From Balanoglossus misakiensis (lineage: Eukaryota > Animalia > Hemichordata), in NCBI GenBank assembly GCA_040954595.2, contig CM082597.2, positions 6,287,849 through 6,351,848 on the forward strand: 64,000 nucleotides of DNA, given 5' to 3'. Below the pieces are notes generated by a model. That model did not search any database, had not been told where the DNA came from, and saw only the letters and a list, made by a program, of their open reading frames with translations. The translations under genes were made by a program, and so were the position numbers. Below are positions 1 through 46,285 of the stretch, piece after piece; within the stretch, counting starts at the first letter, position 1, and each line of letters begins with the position of its first letter.

Positions 1-809
1 TTCCAAACAGATCATTCTCCTTGATGATTTTAATAGCACTTAAACATCAACAAATAATCTGAAATGTTCGTCTGAAACTTTATCTCACAAATACTGAGTG
101 TAAAACACTGGTATTCCACAGTAAAACTTATAAATTGAGATTAACAGGTTATACTATGTAAAAGTAGATTTCTGTGTGTTCAGAAAATCTTCATGATTGC
201 TTATGTTTATTTTGAGTTCCGAACTGGAATGTTTTATTGCTTGAGAAATATAGAAGAATGACTTTGAAATCCTTTATTGTGTGTGCGTGTCAGTTATTCC
301 GCAAATAGTGTGTATGGGTTGGTGTACGTGTGAAACTGGTTGTCAACAAAATATAAGAACTGAAATGCCAGAATTTGACAATGAGGCCAGTTATGTATGT
401 GTAGTTTGGAGACAGGCGTGGCAAGTTGTGCTGACCATTGAGAACAAAGATTATTTAACATGAATTTCAAAGAAATCCATCTTTTTGGAATACTTGATTT
501 ACATGTGTGCACTGGGGATATCCCATAGTTCACTCTGATTTGTACCCATGGAAATGAATCGGCGGTCAGGTATGTCTACAGTTACTCTGCCAAGAGTGTG
601 TATGGGTTGGTGTACGTGTGAAACTGGTTGTTGTTGACAGGTTTAGGTTTGGGGTTAGGGTATATTGTGGAGTGAATGAACCCTAACCTAGTCTATGTAG
701 AATATAGTTAATACACAATCTTGAGGATCATGGACGACTAAAACAGTATTCATATCAATTTTTAACCTCAATCATTGTCTGATAATTGAAATGGCTTATC
801 CAAATCATT

Positions 810-836
810 GGGGAGGGGGGGGGGGGGGGGGGGGGG
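810..836. repeat. poly-G tract
   Basis: Near-pure G run read directly. Confidence 0.85.
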
Positions 837-1002
837 CATTTTCCCTGCCTAATCCAAGTATTTGTCTTTTGGGGAGAATACAACTAGATACTTACATTGA
901 GGATTATGGGACAACAAGGAGAGGTGGCTTATTTTAGCAAAACAATAACATAGACACAAAGCCATTAAGCTAATTTTTTTAATGAAAACGTTTACTTGTC
1001 AA

Positions 1003-3028
1003 TTACTTAACAAAAACTGTTGTAAAATAATCATTTATTTCTATTACACTGGAGTCCCTTCGTCTGTTTTCGTTTTTGATCTTCGATTTATCAATTTGTT
1101 GCATTTCTGTCTTTGTCTGCATTTCTGCCGTTTTCGCTTCTCTGACATCTTGATCTAATTTTCCATCAAAATCATACTCAGTCCCCAGCGGTACAGTTTT
1201 CACCAAATCTGCCACTTCGCGCTTGTTCGAATCGTCGTACACTCCCCGCAGCAGGACGTTGATCAGCCAACCCGCGTTCTTCTTCTTGGCCGGCTGCAGT
1301 GGAGGAAACGGGTTGCCAACAAACTCCAGGAAGGCCATCGACGAGGCCCGCGGATGGAGATCCATGCCGCGTTCGCCGACGCGCCACAGCTTGGTGTAGT
1401 TTCCGTGGTGGTTTTCGTAACGAGGTACGAGCACTTTGAAGAGCTTGTGAACCAAATCTTTCTCCTGTAAGGTGAAATTCATCATTGTCAAAACATTTCT
1501 TCCTTCAATAGAGTTGCCACTGGACCACAATATGGACCAGAGTTTTGATAGACTTTACAGGGACAAAGTCTCTCTCTCGCTGCCCTTTTTCCATTAATTA
1601 TGTTTTATACAAGACACCGTTTATGTTATTCTACATGTAGATATATAGTGAATCAACGTTCGACCACGCATAACTTCCATCCCACTTGTAGACGTGAGAG
1701 CGAAAAATGAATAATCAGTCTCGTTTATTTATTTTGATGAGATATTGACTCTCATATCCTACAAATGGGATGGAAGTTGTGTGTGGTCGAATGTTGATTC
1801 ACTATATATGATTATCCACATGTACATTAACATAACAGTGTCTTGTATCAAATATAATTATGGAAAAAGGGCAGCGAGAGAGAGACTTTGTCCCTTAAAA
1901 CTTGAATTAAACAGTGGGTTTATGTGTTCTTATCATTCCCAAATCATGTACCAATTAAAGTTCCACAGTACCAAAAACACTGAATTTATACACAATATCA
2001 TGTAATATATACTTACAGCAAGCCATGCATTTGCTATTTTCATAGATTCCGGATCTCTGTGACCTCTCTTGGCAACATCAATCAACTGAAATGGAAAAAA
2101 AATACAATGCTTTTGTTCATAATCTGTATGTTTGATGCAGCAGTTGCGGTGTACACAGTCTATGGTGCATAGTTTTACAATTCCCAATGTTTTACTTAAT
2201 TCTGTTGCTCTAGTTCACATGTCTACCGGTACATTATATGAATGATTTAGTCGTGGCTAGGCTATTCTCTCTTGATGGGATTAGATTTGGTTAGTCTAAA
2301 ATTTGGTCAGGGTCCACATCGATCTGATCTGCCACATCATTTCCATATTCAGCTGTGGTACGTCTATGCACAAACTGAAATGAGGAACCCCACTAATATT
2401 CTAATTTTTACACTAGGAATGTTGATGTGGATTGTCTCATCTCATTGCAACCACGGTCTGCCCACATTTTCAGGGCCCCTACTGTGTCAATTGTACTGCC
2501 TTGGGACAGGGCCATAGGAATACAGCTTGGACTATTCCATTCTGTTCTGCAGTGAGTAATAGGGTTATGACTGTATTTAACACACACAGAAAAGGCAACG
2601 ACATTAGCTCACGTGTGTGTAAACACGCGAGCTACTGACATAAACATGAGTTTCGAGAATAAAGTCAAGTTCCGGTTTTAAAATAAAGTCATGACCCTAC
2701 CCTAACCTTCGTCACCACAGAATGGTACAGTCCTGATTGCTGTCGATGTCGCCCAGCATATGCATGGACATCGTTCCAACGTTCAGTACTAGAAGCTTGA
2801 AACAACGAGATACCTCAATAAAACCTGGACTCACCTTTTCAGCGTACTTCTGTGTTTCGTGTGCTTTAGCGTAACTCGTCTCCATACGTTCATGGCGAAC
2901 CAGTCCAGTAACCATTCCTTGTAACAGCCGCAGTCTTTCGTGGGGCCTCTGGACATATTACGGAACATCTTCCCATGCCTGCGTTGAGTTGGGTGTTTAG
3001 GAAAGTATTTAGATGCACGACGACTCAT
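1003..3028 (-). CDS. MRPL17: 39S mitochondrial ribosomal protein L17 (bL17m), 3 exons; apparent 1-bp deletion in exon 1
   Basis: Exons 3028-2835, 2085-2017 and 1464-1003 have GT-AG phase-0 junctions. They give ...HGKMFRNMSRGP(H)ERLRLLQGMVTGLVRHERMETSYAKAHETQKYAEK/LIDVAKRG...ANAWLA/EKDLVHKLFKVLVPRY...MAFLEFVGNPFPPL, colinear with animal MRPL17 ([30 protein letters not shown]...YAEKLID...EKDLIPKLF). One extra base near 2942-2945 is needed to keep the frame. Confidence 0.93.
1559..1895. mobile_element. Kolobok/T2-type palindromic MITE (family K1), intron of MRPL17
   Basis: Long imperfect TIRs AGGGACAAAGTCTCTCTCTCGCTGCCC...GGGCAGCGAGAGAGAGACTTTGTCCCT. Same family as the TTAA-flanked copies elsewhere in the window. 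Confidence 0.8.
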
Positions 3029-3182
3029 CTTGTCTCTCGATCCCGTTCAAGCCAATATGTCTGACAATGTTGTTGGATCTGCGGTGTTCAGTGTGTATCC
3101 TAATTCACACGTATGTAATTAAACGGCCAGAATCGTACGAGAAATTCATCCATCAACTACCAACACACGATGGCATGGGGGA

Positions 3183-3192
3183 CGCCATTTTG
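3183..3192 (-). promoter_or_regulatory. YY1-type motif (CAAAATGGCG) near the probable MRPL17 TSS
   Basis: CGCCATTTTG on + lies about 160 bp upstream of the ATG. This motif is typical of ribosomal-protein and housekeeping promoters. An NRF1-like TGCGCATGC also occurs at 3823-3831. Confidence 0.45.
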
Positions 3193-3987
3193 AAAATGCA
3201 ATTACGTCGCTGGAGGCGCCCTTTGCAAGCCGCGCTTCTACCAATTTCTACCACTGGCTGCGCTGTACTGAGACGAACTGTGAGATACCAAATCCGCAAA
3301 ATGTGTCCCTTTTCCGACTACCACACTGTCCCTTTGACACTTGACAAGCGCTGTAGATAACACTTCAAAACACACGAGTGAAATTGCGATTTGAATTTGG
3401 CCTCACTTGAGCGCCACTACACAACTTCACAAAACATATACCAAGCAGCTTATGCTGACGATGTAAAAACATGTCGAAACACCTAGTCTATACCTGAAGG
3501 CGGGGATTTCAGAAAATTAAATACCTGTTTATAGGTTAAGTGTGCGAATGAGTCTCTAACGCGAAGTCAACAGTGGACAATTGGCGTTTGGCGTCACCTT
3601 ACTGATAATGAACTGAATATAAATGGGATTGTACAATTATTTAGTGTCTGTCAATCTATCTTGGAAACGCCCCTCAGTATTTGCAAAAGCATAAAAGACT
3701 GAAAAGTGTTAAAACACTGCCGCTCCATTCTCTAACCTAAGTACAAAATGTACATGTTGACTCTGTTTGCGTTTCCAAGCTATGGGGGCAGTAACCCACC
3801 ACTGCGCATGCCCGATTTCGAAATCAAAGCCCATAAGGCAAATGCAAGAAGATTACTTTAAAACCGTTTTATGAAGACAGCTCTGACTGAATGTGTACAA
3901 TCATTTGATACTGTTCTAGTTTTCAGGGTGTTTCGGTATTATGGTCGGTTGTGCTCATTTATGACGTTATTATCATGGGAATGTATA

Positions 3988-4273
3988 GGGATAAACTGTG
4001 TTACCGCCATCTTGAAAATTTGCAGTGCATTGTGGGTAAAATTAGTTCCGGTTGGGGGGGGGGGGGAGTAGCGTCTACAATCTATCCATTTTCCAGCGGT
4101 TTTGTCAGATTTTCTTCAAGTTACGTTAGTAGTAGTAGTTACATGAAGAAAATCTGACTAAACCGCTGGAAAATGGATAGATTGTAGACGCTACTCCCCC
4201 CCCCCCCAACCGGAACTAATTTTACCCACAACGCACTGCAAATTTTCAAGATGGCGGTAACACAGTTTATCCC
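3988..4273. mobile_element. near-perfect ~290-bp hairpin MITE flanked by TATA
   Basis: GGGATAAACTGTGTTACCGCCATCTTG... and its reverse complement form ~130-bp arms, including matching G and C runs. TATA lies on both sides. Confidence 0.75.
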
Positions 4274-4627
4274 TATAGTACGAAAAAGTTAATAGTCTTT
4301 GCTGTAATACACTTTCAATGCAGTGAAACTTCGTGCGTTGTGACATTGGCCCCGGGATTGCGATGTATGCTCATAATAGTTAAAATGACTGGCAGCGACG
4401 TCTTTCTGTGTTACTTGTACTTTTAAGTTGAGTATAAATTGTTCTACGGAAAATCTAGCTTAAAAATCACGGCACCATTTCTTAGTAATGTATTGCGCTC
4501 CGGAGGAATTCCATTCTAAAGCTATGATTCGAGATGACTGATATAGGGGCAGTACGCTTGCGCAGAACTTTATTTACATATCTTTGCACAACAATATCAG
4601 AGAGAGACGTAAATGTTCTATTCGTGT

Positions 4628-4846
4628 CGTTTCCTCTCCCCAATTAAATGTATACGGTCACCTATGCAAATTTAGCTACAGTTTCCACGGCAAATTGAGA
4701 TCTAGCAAATCATGGATTTTCAGTAGGTGGCACTGGCAAAAAAATGAGCGCCACCATATGATCTTTAGAACAATCAGACAGTACAGAATTTTTAGCCATT
4801 TATGGACATATGTAAATTGGAGGTAACTGTACATGTGTACCTTTAA
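4628..4846 (-). mobile_element. Kolobok-type element end fragment (family K2)
   Basis: Diverged reverse complement of 52950-53130; ends CCT-TTAA. Confidence 0.6.
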
Positions 4847-4934
4847 GAAATACTTGTGACTAAATATCGAATACAATACACTACACTTTCAACGCAGTGA
4901 AACTTCGTGCGCTGTGACACTGAACCCGGTGGCA

Positions 4935-5028
4935 ACGAGATTCCCGTAAGCGACGAGATTCCCGCAAGCGACGAGATTCCCGTATGCGACGAGATTCCCG
5001 CAAGCGACGAAATTCCCGTAAGCGACAA
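4935..5028. repeat. 18-bp minisatellite (GCGACGAGATTCCCGYAA) x~5
   Basis: Tandem units read directly; explains the GISSLA-repeat ORF. Confidence 0.9.
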
Positions 5029-5330
5029 GAAGGCTTGGAGAGCTCATTAAACTCAGCTTAATTTAAGCTGTAGCATTTTATTCAATGTAGAGGTATTAGC
5101 AAGCTAGATCCATGACCATCGGCTAAATTTTTTAACGTAGGTAAAATGACGTTTGCATATTTTAAGCTAATAGTGTCGACAAATAAACCCGTACTTTGTT
5201 ATTGTATAGGACTTTACTTTATGCAATTGATGGTGTTTTATACAAAGCGTTCGAAACGCACTCTCTCAGATCAGACGAGTTTTCGAGTGGGACTCGTCGT
5301 TCGTCAACTTTGCACATTTACGTCTCGACG

Positions 5331-39179
<33,849 letters not shown>

Positions 39180-40152
39180 ATGGATGTTTTACACACAAGA
39201 GTAGCTAATTCCTTTCAGCACGATTGTTACTTTTGTGTAACATATAACTAGTTTGTATTAGTAACCTTCTGACCATATATGGTCAAGACGTACAGTCGAC
39301 TTGATTTTGACCTCGCGGCGACAGGAACTGATATGAATTGGCTTATTAATTTTTTATTGAAGCTCAAAAGTTGGTATTACATACAAGATGTTAAATTGTG
39401 TAAAAAAGTAGCGTGTGCAGTCATAATTAAGATTTGTACCATTGCTTTACTGTCCAGACCATTTTCAACGAATTTCATGAATATTAACATAATATAGGTG
39501 TTTTCAATTATATGATTCCAAGCGAATATATGTAGTTGTTTAAAACTTTAATCAAACCAATTATTATAATATATGGACGTTAGTAGTTTTTAACCATTCG
39601 GTACGAATTATGAGTATAAATAGGTTACATTTACGCTCTCAAATATTCTTTATATCATGATTGGAGTTTTCACGCATTAGCATAACACAAATATTAGCAC
39701 CACGCAGTTTCATTTCCAGTTGGAATCTCTGGTGAGCTACGTTTCCAGACAACGGAGGTTGTTACGACACCTTCCACGAGTTAACTCCAGGAAATAGTTG
39801 TCAAGTGTACATAGTCAGCAGTGCGTGTATATAGTTTTTTTCTGCTGTGGTCTTTTTGCTATGTGATATTCGCAAAATATGCCCAATAAATATGCGGTCT
39901 AGCTGCAACAGCTTGTTCGGTGTCATTTGTTTCAGTTCAAACTGTTCTGCAAACATATTTGCCTATAACACGGACATAAAAGGACATGATAAATGAAGTA
40001 GATTGGCCGGGGATCATCTTTCATGGCACGGCGATTAAAGCAGGCCAGCGGTCTACATTGCCACACGTGTTCTGGCCTGTGTGCTGGCGTAGAGCAACAT
40101 TGAAAATCGCAGGGCAACATCGATCAACGTCAGAGATGCTGTATGCCTGTTA

Positions 40153-40403
40153 GGCCAAATAAAAAAGTAGTGCTGTTCCGATTACCCGACCTACCCTAAT
40201 TTTAGCTCGCCGACCCTAAACCTTTTAGAGCTTCGTAAACCGGAAGTCAAAATAACGATGTCAAATATATTAAATTTACGAAAATTGCGAGAATCACAAG
40301 AATTATGACGTCATTCTTCTACACTACGGCGGCCTAAAATATAAAAAATTGCTAAATAAAAAAAAATCCCTACCTACCTACCCTGTTTTTTGAAAACCAT
40401 GTA
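40153..40403. mobile_element. Harbinger-type MITE, partial inverted copy of 7884-8172
   Basis: TTA-GGCCAAATAAAAAA...GTGCTGTTCCGATTACCCG...; reverse-complement similarity throughout. Confidence 0.7.
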
Positions 40404-42004
40404 TGCCTGTCATACAGACACATGTAATACTAGGACAGAACTTCATGACCTCTGCGCGCGATCTGTGCAGTATGGATATATTATTTTCATGAGTGAGAAG
40501 GTGTATTCTTCCGAGTATTTTTACGAGCGCCAGCGAGTAAAAATACGGAAGAATACACCTTATCACGACGCAACCTTTGTTATGCAAAGTAGGGTCAAGT
40601 CGGGTCCTTTCATCGGTGATTCAACTAAGGTCGCGAGATCGCAGCGGTAAAGTTTGAAAATACTGGCGATAACGAGAGTTTTTTCGTAATTTTCGAGGTT
40701 CCAAAACACACTGACAACTAAATGTTCTGTTATTCTGACGATAGTTGGGAAGGATAATAAAAGAACGTGCCAGAATGTTGAAAAATCCGCATGTTTCGGC
40801 GATCATGTTGGCTCATTTCATCGGTGGTTTAGCTCAGGTCGCAAGATAGCATCGGCAATATTTGAGAAACTGGCGATAGCGAGGGATTTTCCGATGTTCC
40901 CAAACATACTGCCAATTAATGTTTTGTTATTCTGACAAAATTTGGGAAGGATAAGACAATGGCGTCTCCAAATGTTGAAAATTCCCCACGTTTCGGCGAT
41001 CATACTCCAGCTCTGCCGACGGCGTTCAATGTTTACAAACAAAACGTAGTCTGGCTTGTTTTTACTCTTTTGCATATGGGTTGTGAAAAATACCACTTTG
41101 TCACGCGCACAACTAAAACAACAATCGGCTTTTTGCGACTGAAATAAAACTTTTGTTATATCCTCCGGAGGTTTATATGAACTCCAAGTGATTGTGTAAC
41201 AGAACGAGAGTTAAACTTTGAAAGATACGATCGATTGAAGGGGAAATGGGGGATCTTATTCTTCTGGATGCTCATTTGCATATGAGCTCGCAAAAATACC
41301 AGAATTATTATTGCACGGCCCGCTTGGAATACTGTAGTACATATGCAATAATATAATAGACTGATAATATACCGAAGAGATTCGAGTACATGTACTCCAA
41401 ACACATTTACTTCCAGAAGAAATTAGGAGAGGAATGCACATTCTTTTTATAGGCCCACCGGTACCTTAAGAGAACAATCATTTTCGAATGACAGGCCACG
41501 GTCCCTTGGCTGGCATATTTACACTAGTTGTTAGTGGATTGATTACCGACTGCATACAGCCTGTATTCTTCTAGCAATAGGTTATTCTCAACGATCTCCA
41601 AATAACAATAGTACAATAGGAGAAGTAAGCGAATGCGTTTGCCTGGGTTACAAATGAAAGCCTGATTCTCGGGGGCTCGGGGAGTAACACGATACAAAGA
41701 GGATGCCAATTTTATTCAGGATTAAGCATATCGTATAACAATCTAAAACTGGTTTTATCGATTTATGTAACACGTTTGTATGTCACCCCTGACGTTTCCT
41801 CCTGAAGTATCGTGTTGACTGCGTCAGAACATCACGTGATTCCAACACAACATAATACTTTGAGTACAAGCGATACTCAACTTTTTTCCCCCAAACCCTG
41901 ACGAGACATCATATACCCACAACGTATCTACGGAAGGAAGAAGTTCGTCTATTAGAAAAGTAATATAAGAGGTAACTTGTTTTTAAATCACGGTATGACT
42001 AATT

Positions 42005-42160
42005 CTGTGTGTGTCTGTCTGTCTGTCTGTCTCTCTTTCTCTTTCTCCTCTTTCTCTCTCTCCTCTTTCTCTCTCTCCTTCTCTCTCTCATTCTCTCTCT
42101 CTCTCCCTCCTCTCTCTCTGTCTCTCTGTCTCTCTCTCTCTCTCCTCCCTCTCTCCCCCA
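42005..42160. repeat. CT-rich microsatellite
   Basis: Direct reading. Confidence 0.9.
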
Positions 42161-42423
42161 CTCTGGTTATCTAACGCAATGGCGGTGCCAATGTAGGGCA
42201 CAAGTAACATAGTCGCCATGATGTGTTAAATTTTGGCTGTTCAGATTATTACTATCACTAAATGTATGACTATATGACATAGTCAACAAACACCTCGATA
42301 TGTGGGGATGAGAAATTGGGTATATGGTTAATGCTAACCTATCATTCATAAACCTAAAACGCCAAGTCGCACGGTATGCTTAATAATAATCGAATGATAC
42401 ACTTCTTTCTTTGCTCTAGTGGG

Positions 42424-43614
42424 ATGTCTCGAATATTTACTGCGTGTCGACCAAGGGATGCTTTTATCCTTGTCACTATACTGAATCTTTTGATTCTCTT
42501 CAGTGATTTCCTTCGCAACGAAGACAACCATCATGTGCTCGGAAAAAAGTACCGGAGATTCCTCGAGTCACCATGGCTACCACATGATGCGCATCGGTCG
42601 AACTACACCGAGCACAAATTTAAACCATCTGATCTCAACATTTACTTTTCTAGTAGAACGCTTAAAACCGTCCCCCGAGCAGTTGTCAAACGTATCCCAA
42701 ATGGATGCGTTCGGGCGTTAATGGCGTTGCTTCGGCAATCATACACATTCGGCGTCGCTACTGAAGAAGACGTTTTACCAATTTGTAGGAATGTGCCTCT
42801 CGTGAAATTACGGAACTTGACGGCCAAGCGATATCTTGCCACCGTCGTACCGAATATCGCTCATTACGTATGGTTTGGAGAGAGCGCCTTTCGTTTTGAC
42901 CACCTTGTCTCACTGCTAAGTGCTTATAAAGTCATGCGCGCCGATAAAATAATGTTTCACACAGACAGAGAACCAGGAGGTGAGTACTGGGACGAGGCGC
43001 AGGGAACGATTCCCGTTCTCGAAGTCGTTCACAGAGAACAACCCACGAGTATTTTCACCAACGCGATACCAGTGTCTAACATGCAACTGAAAACCCACAT
43101 TGCGAGGCTAGAAGTTCTTTTGGAACATGGCGGTGTCTACTTGGATAATGACGTCATCGTTGTCAGACCGCTGGACCCGCTGCGTCATTATGAGTTCGTC
43201 ATGGGAAGAGACGGCCAGACTCGCTTGAATAATGGCGTCATTATCGCCCACAATGAGTCAATATTTCTGAAGGCGTATTTCCATGGTTACATGTATTACA
43301 GAAGGGGCTGTAGGAATTGTTACTCCGCTTTATACCCATATGCCCTTGCGACGCAATATCCGGAACTGGTCCACATTGAGAACAATTCAATATTTACCCC
43401 AAGTTTGGACGACATTAGAGACATTTTTAACGGTCATTATAACTGGTTTGATGGTCATTACACTGTACAAACCTTTATCACAAAGTATTATCGCTCTCGC
43501 GAAATTGGCGTCAATGGTATTCATTATACTCCTGAAAGCATCAAACACATAAACACCTCTTTCGGTGAAATTTGTCGATTTGTATACTTTGGTGATCATG
43601 GGAAAATCCAATAG
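42424..43614 (+). CDS. GT32 (Gly_transf_sug, DxD) glycosyltransferase, A4GALT/A4GNT-like, type II membrane, single coding exon
   Basis: 412-aa ORF (from 42376) with an N-terminal TM (AFILVTILNLLILFS), VPNIAHYVWFG, RLEVLLEHGGVYLDNDV (DxD) and LNNGVIIAH. A pyrimidine-rich AG acceptor at 42418-42419 suggests the real start is ATG 42424. Confidence 0.88.
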   Translation: MSRIFTACRPRDAFILVTILNLLILFSDFLRNEDNHHVLGKKYRRFLESPWLPHDAHRSNYTEHKFKPSDLNIYFSSRTLKTVPRAVVKRIPNGCVRALMALLRQSYTFGVATEEDVLPICRNVPLVKLRNLTAKRYLATVVPNIAHYVWFGESAFRFDHLVSLLSAYKVMRADKIMFHTDREPGGEYWDEAQGTIPVLEVVHREQPTSIFTNAIPVSNMQLKTHIARLEVLLEHGGVYLDNDVIVVRPLDPLRHYEFVMGRDGQTRLNNGVIIAHNESIFLKAYFHGYMYYRRGCRNCYSALYPYALATQYPELVHIENNSIFTPSLDDIRDIFNGHYNWFDGHYTVQTFITKYYRSREIGVNGIHYTPESIKHINTSFGEICRFVYFGDHGKIQ

Positions 43615-44562
43615 ACCATTTTCCGAACATCACGTGATGCCTACCCATAGTTAAATTCGGGTTATCGTTGATAGTCTGCAAAAATAATGTTGACATTAGT
43701 AATTTGAGACCAAGATTTATAACGAGAAGGGGAAAAACAGAAATGAGACCAGATGACCTCGTTTTGCCAAACAGGTCGGGTTGTGATACGCAACAAAAAT
43801 CTAGTATGGATATATGGGCGCTGGGGGCGCCTTTCCCTATAGGGTTACACCAGCACTGTGGGTCCAGGCACCTGTGGCATGTATGGGCAACCATACTCCA
43901 TACTACCACAAGTTCAAATAAGCCATTCCGTAATAATGAGGATTAATATAAATTATACCTGTCACAAAATTCTCACAGTCGATGTAAAAAAGTGACAAGT
44001 GTCTTGGAATGAAACGCTTTGTGCATCTATTTAGAAATTTAGTTGCGGATAATTTGCAAAATCTTCAACTTTATGAAGTTTACGAAGAAGACGAAGTAGA
44101 CTATTTCAGCATAATTTTAATGATAAAATACTTCACGCGCTAGTTTCTTTTTCTATACTTTATTGATTTATTTGACGACATTTTTACAATAATCATTTCA
44201 TGCACAGGTGAATATGGTCAACTAATCAGACCAACTTTCTTACACAGAATACATTACAATCATTTCATGTTCCACAGAGTAAAATCAACCAATCAGATAA
44301 ACGTTTACTGAAACGGATTACAGTCCCAATCATTTAATGTACAGGTGCGTGAATGTAGTAAACGAATCAAATGAACTCTTACAGACAGAAGAGATTACAA
44401 TCTGATCCAATCATTTCATACAGGTCAACCACAAATTGCAACTAAAATAAAACGAGCTCTGCTAAACACAATGTTTGACCTTAAAGGCTCATGAGCTGCG
44501 AATGGAAAAAAAAACATTAAGCTTTAAATAGTTCCGGATATGCTTTTAATTCTGTTTATTAA

Positions 44563-44862
44563 AGGGACAAAGTCTCTCTGCCCCTTTTCCATTAATTGTG
44601 TTGATACAAGACACCATTTGTGTTAATGTATATGTGGATATATAGTGAATGAACGTTCAACCACACACACCTTCCATCCCACTTGTAGACACGAGAGTGA
44701 AAAAACTCACCAAAATGAATAATCGGTCTCTACCGTTTATTCATTTTGTCGAGATTTTTATTCTCATATCTTACAAATGGGATGGGAGTTGTGTGTGGTC
44801 GAACGTTGATTAACTACATATCCAGATGTAGAATAACATAAACGGTGTCTTGTATCAAACAT
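44563..44862. mobile_element. K1 MITE, right end truncated
   Basis: TTAA-AGGGACAAAG start and most of both arms. Confidence 0.8.
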
Positions 44863-46059
44863 CATAAATGATATTGCCTGATTGTAAATCATGATAACTG
44901 TTATTTATGTCAAAATGGCCCAAAAATCCAAGAAATATCAGTATGGTCGAAAATTCCCGTATTTTAAAAAAAAAAGTGAAATATTGCATTTTTTCGAGTT
45001 GGAGCTCATTGGGCTTTAATTGTGCCAACATCTACATATGCGTAAGATTTTAAACAGCTAAGAGGCATTTTTCTGGTATAGGTGACGTTTTCAATGTGTA
45101 ATATTCGAAAGGTTATCAGTTGTACAAATTTCGCTAAAACAATTACAATACACAAATATTTAAGATTTCCCAGAAATAAATTCATAAAGCTTTTCTCACC
45201 AAGAATTTCTTGTTTTGCCATACATCTTGTAGATTGAAAACGAATACTAGTAATTTTAATATGATGTATTCATTTAGGTTTTGTTCTTGATCTATCAATA
45301 TGGTATGACATTTCATAACATTTCTTTGGGTATCTACTATGTGTCATTTTTAAAAAGTCTGACCCAACATTTTATACATCTTCTAGATAAAAGACAGGTA
45401 TTTCAAACAAATAAGATGTTTTACAACCTAGAAATACATTACAGTAATATGATTGTGGCTTGTTGTGTAAACTTTATTCTATAGATTAATGAACTTCTGT
45501 TAGCCACCACTGAAAATAAATGGCGGCACTTTGTAGATTGTCAAATAAATAGGCCTATACAGCACCTTCCTGTTGTGTTGGTCCATCCAGCATTTTTTAT
45601 TTTTTATTCCGCACAAGGTGGTACTGTTTATTACTTAGAACATTTTTTTACCCAAAGCTTCGTTTTGATTGATGACAGGTCAATACTCTACAAAACATAT
45701 TTTTTCTTTGGGGCGTATTATCTGCCGGTGGACATACACACAGAGGGTATAATTCACGAGCAGGTCATGTGATGACTGCTAGCTCACAGTTCATCAAAAC
45801 ACCGCAAAAATCGATGAAATGGTCGCTTTGATTTATATTAGCTACTAGTATGCACTGTACTCGAATTACAATCGTTTGATGAGAGGCAAGAGAATAGGCG
45901 TTGCAATTCTGACTGCTTTAAATCATGTAAATAGGTTTTCACTTTATGCTAGGGGGTCAAATCACATTATAATAATTGCATTCTGGGTAAATGTTGACAA
46001 CTCACTGTAGAAAGAGATAGAAGAAATGATATGTTTACTGTAATTCATGACTTTCTTTA

Positions 46060-46252
46060 GTCAAAAATGTTTGTCTTCACATTTTGTTATTTTTTTCTGT
46101 TACAAAGTTTCAGAATGACCCAGTGTCACTTTTGCTTGTGAACTTTCATTTCTTAAACATGGCAAAAATCGGCCATCTTGAAACTGTGTCGACCGTATGA
46201 GATTTTCTTCGCTCACCTAAGTAGCAAAAATCTATTTAAGGTAGGGAGAATT
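46060..46252 (-). repeat. repeat R1 in the GPCR 3' UTR region
   Basis: Reverse complement of 9888-10075; begins about 33 bp after the GPCR stop codon. Confidence 0.65.
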
Positions 46253-46285
46253 AGCAACCCCGTTATGGCAGCTGGCGTTCCCATT

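Noticed and set aside
306-630. 36-bp direct duplication (306-341 and 595-630); similar ~45-bp pair at about 4307 and 4882
   Set aside because: Small local duplications with no LTR hallmarks or coding content.
640-690. Telomere-like TTAGG/TTAGGG motifs
   Set aside because: Only a few degenerate copies, typical of small dispersed repeats.
44190-44430. Degenerate ~70-bp tandem repeat (AATCATTTCAT... units)
   Set aside because: Old, low-identity minisatellite with no further structure.
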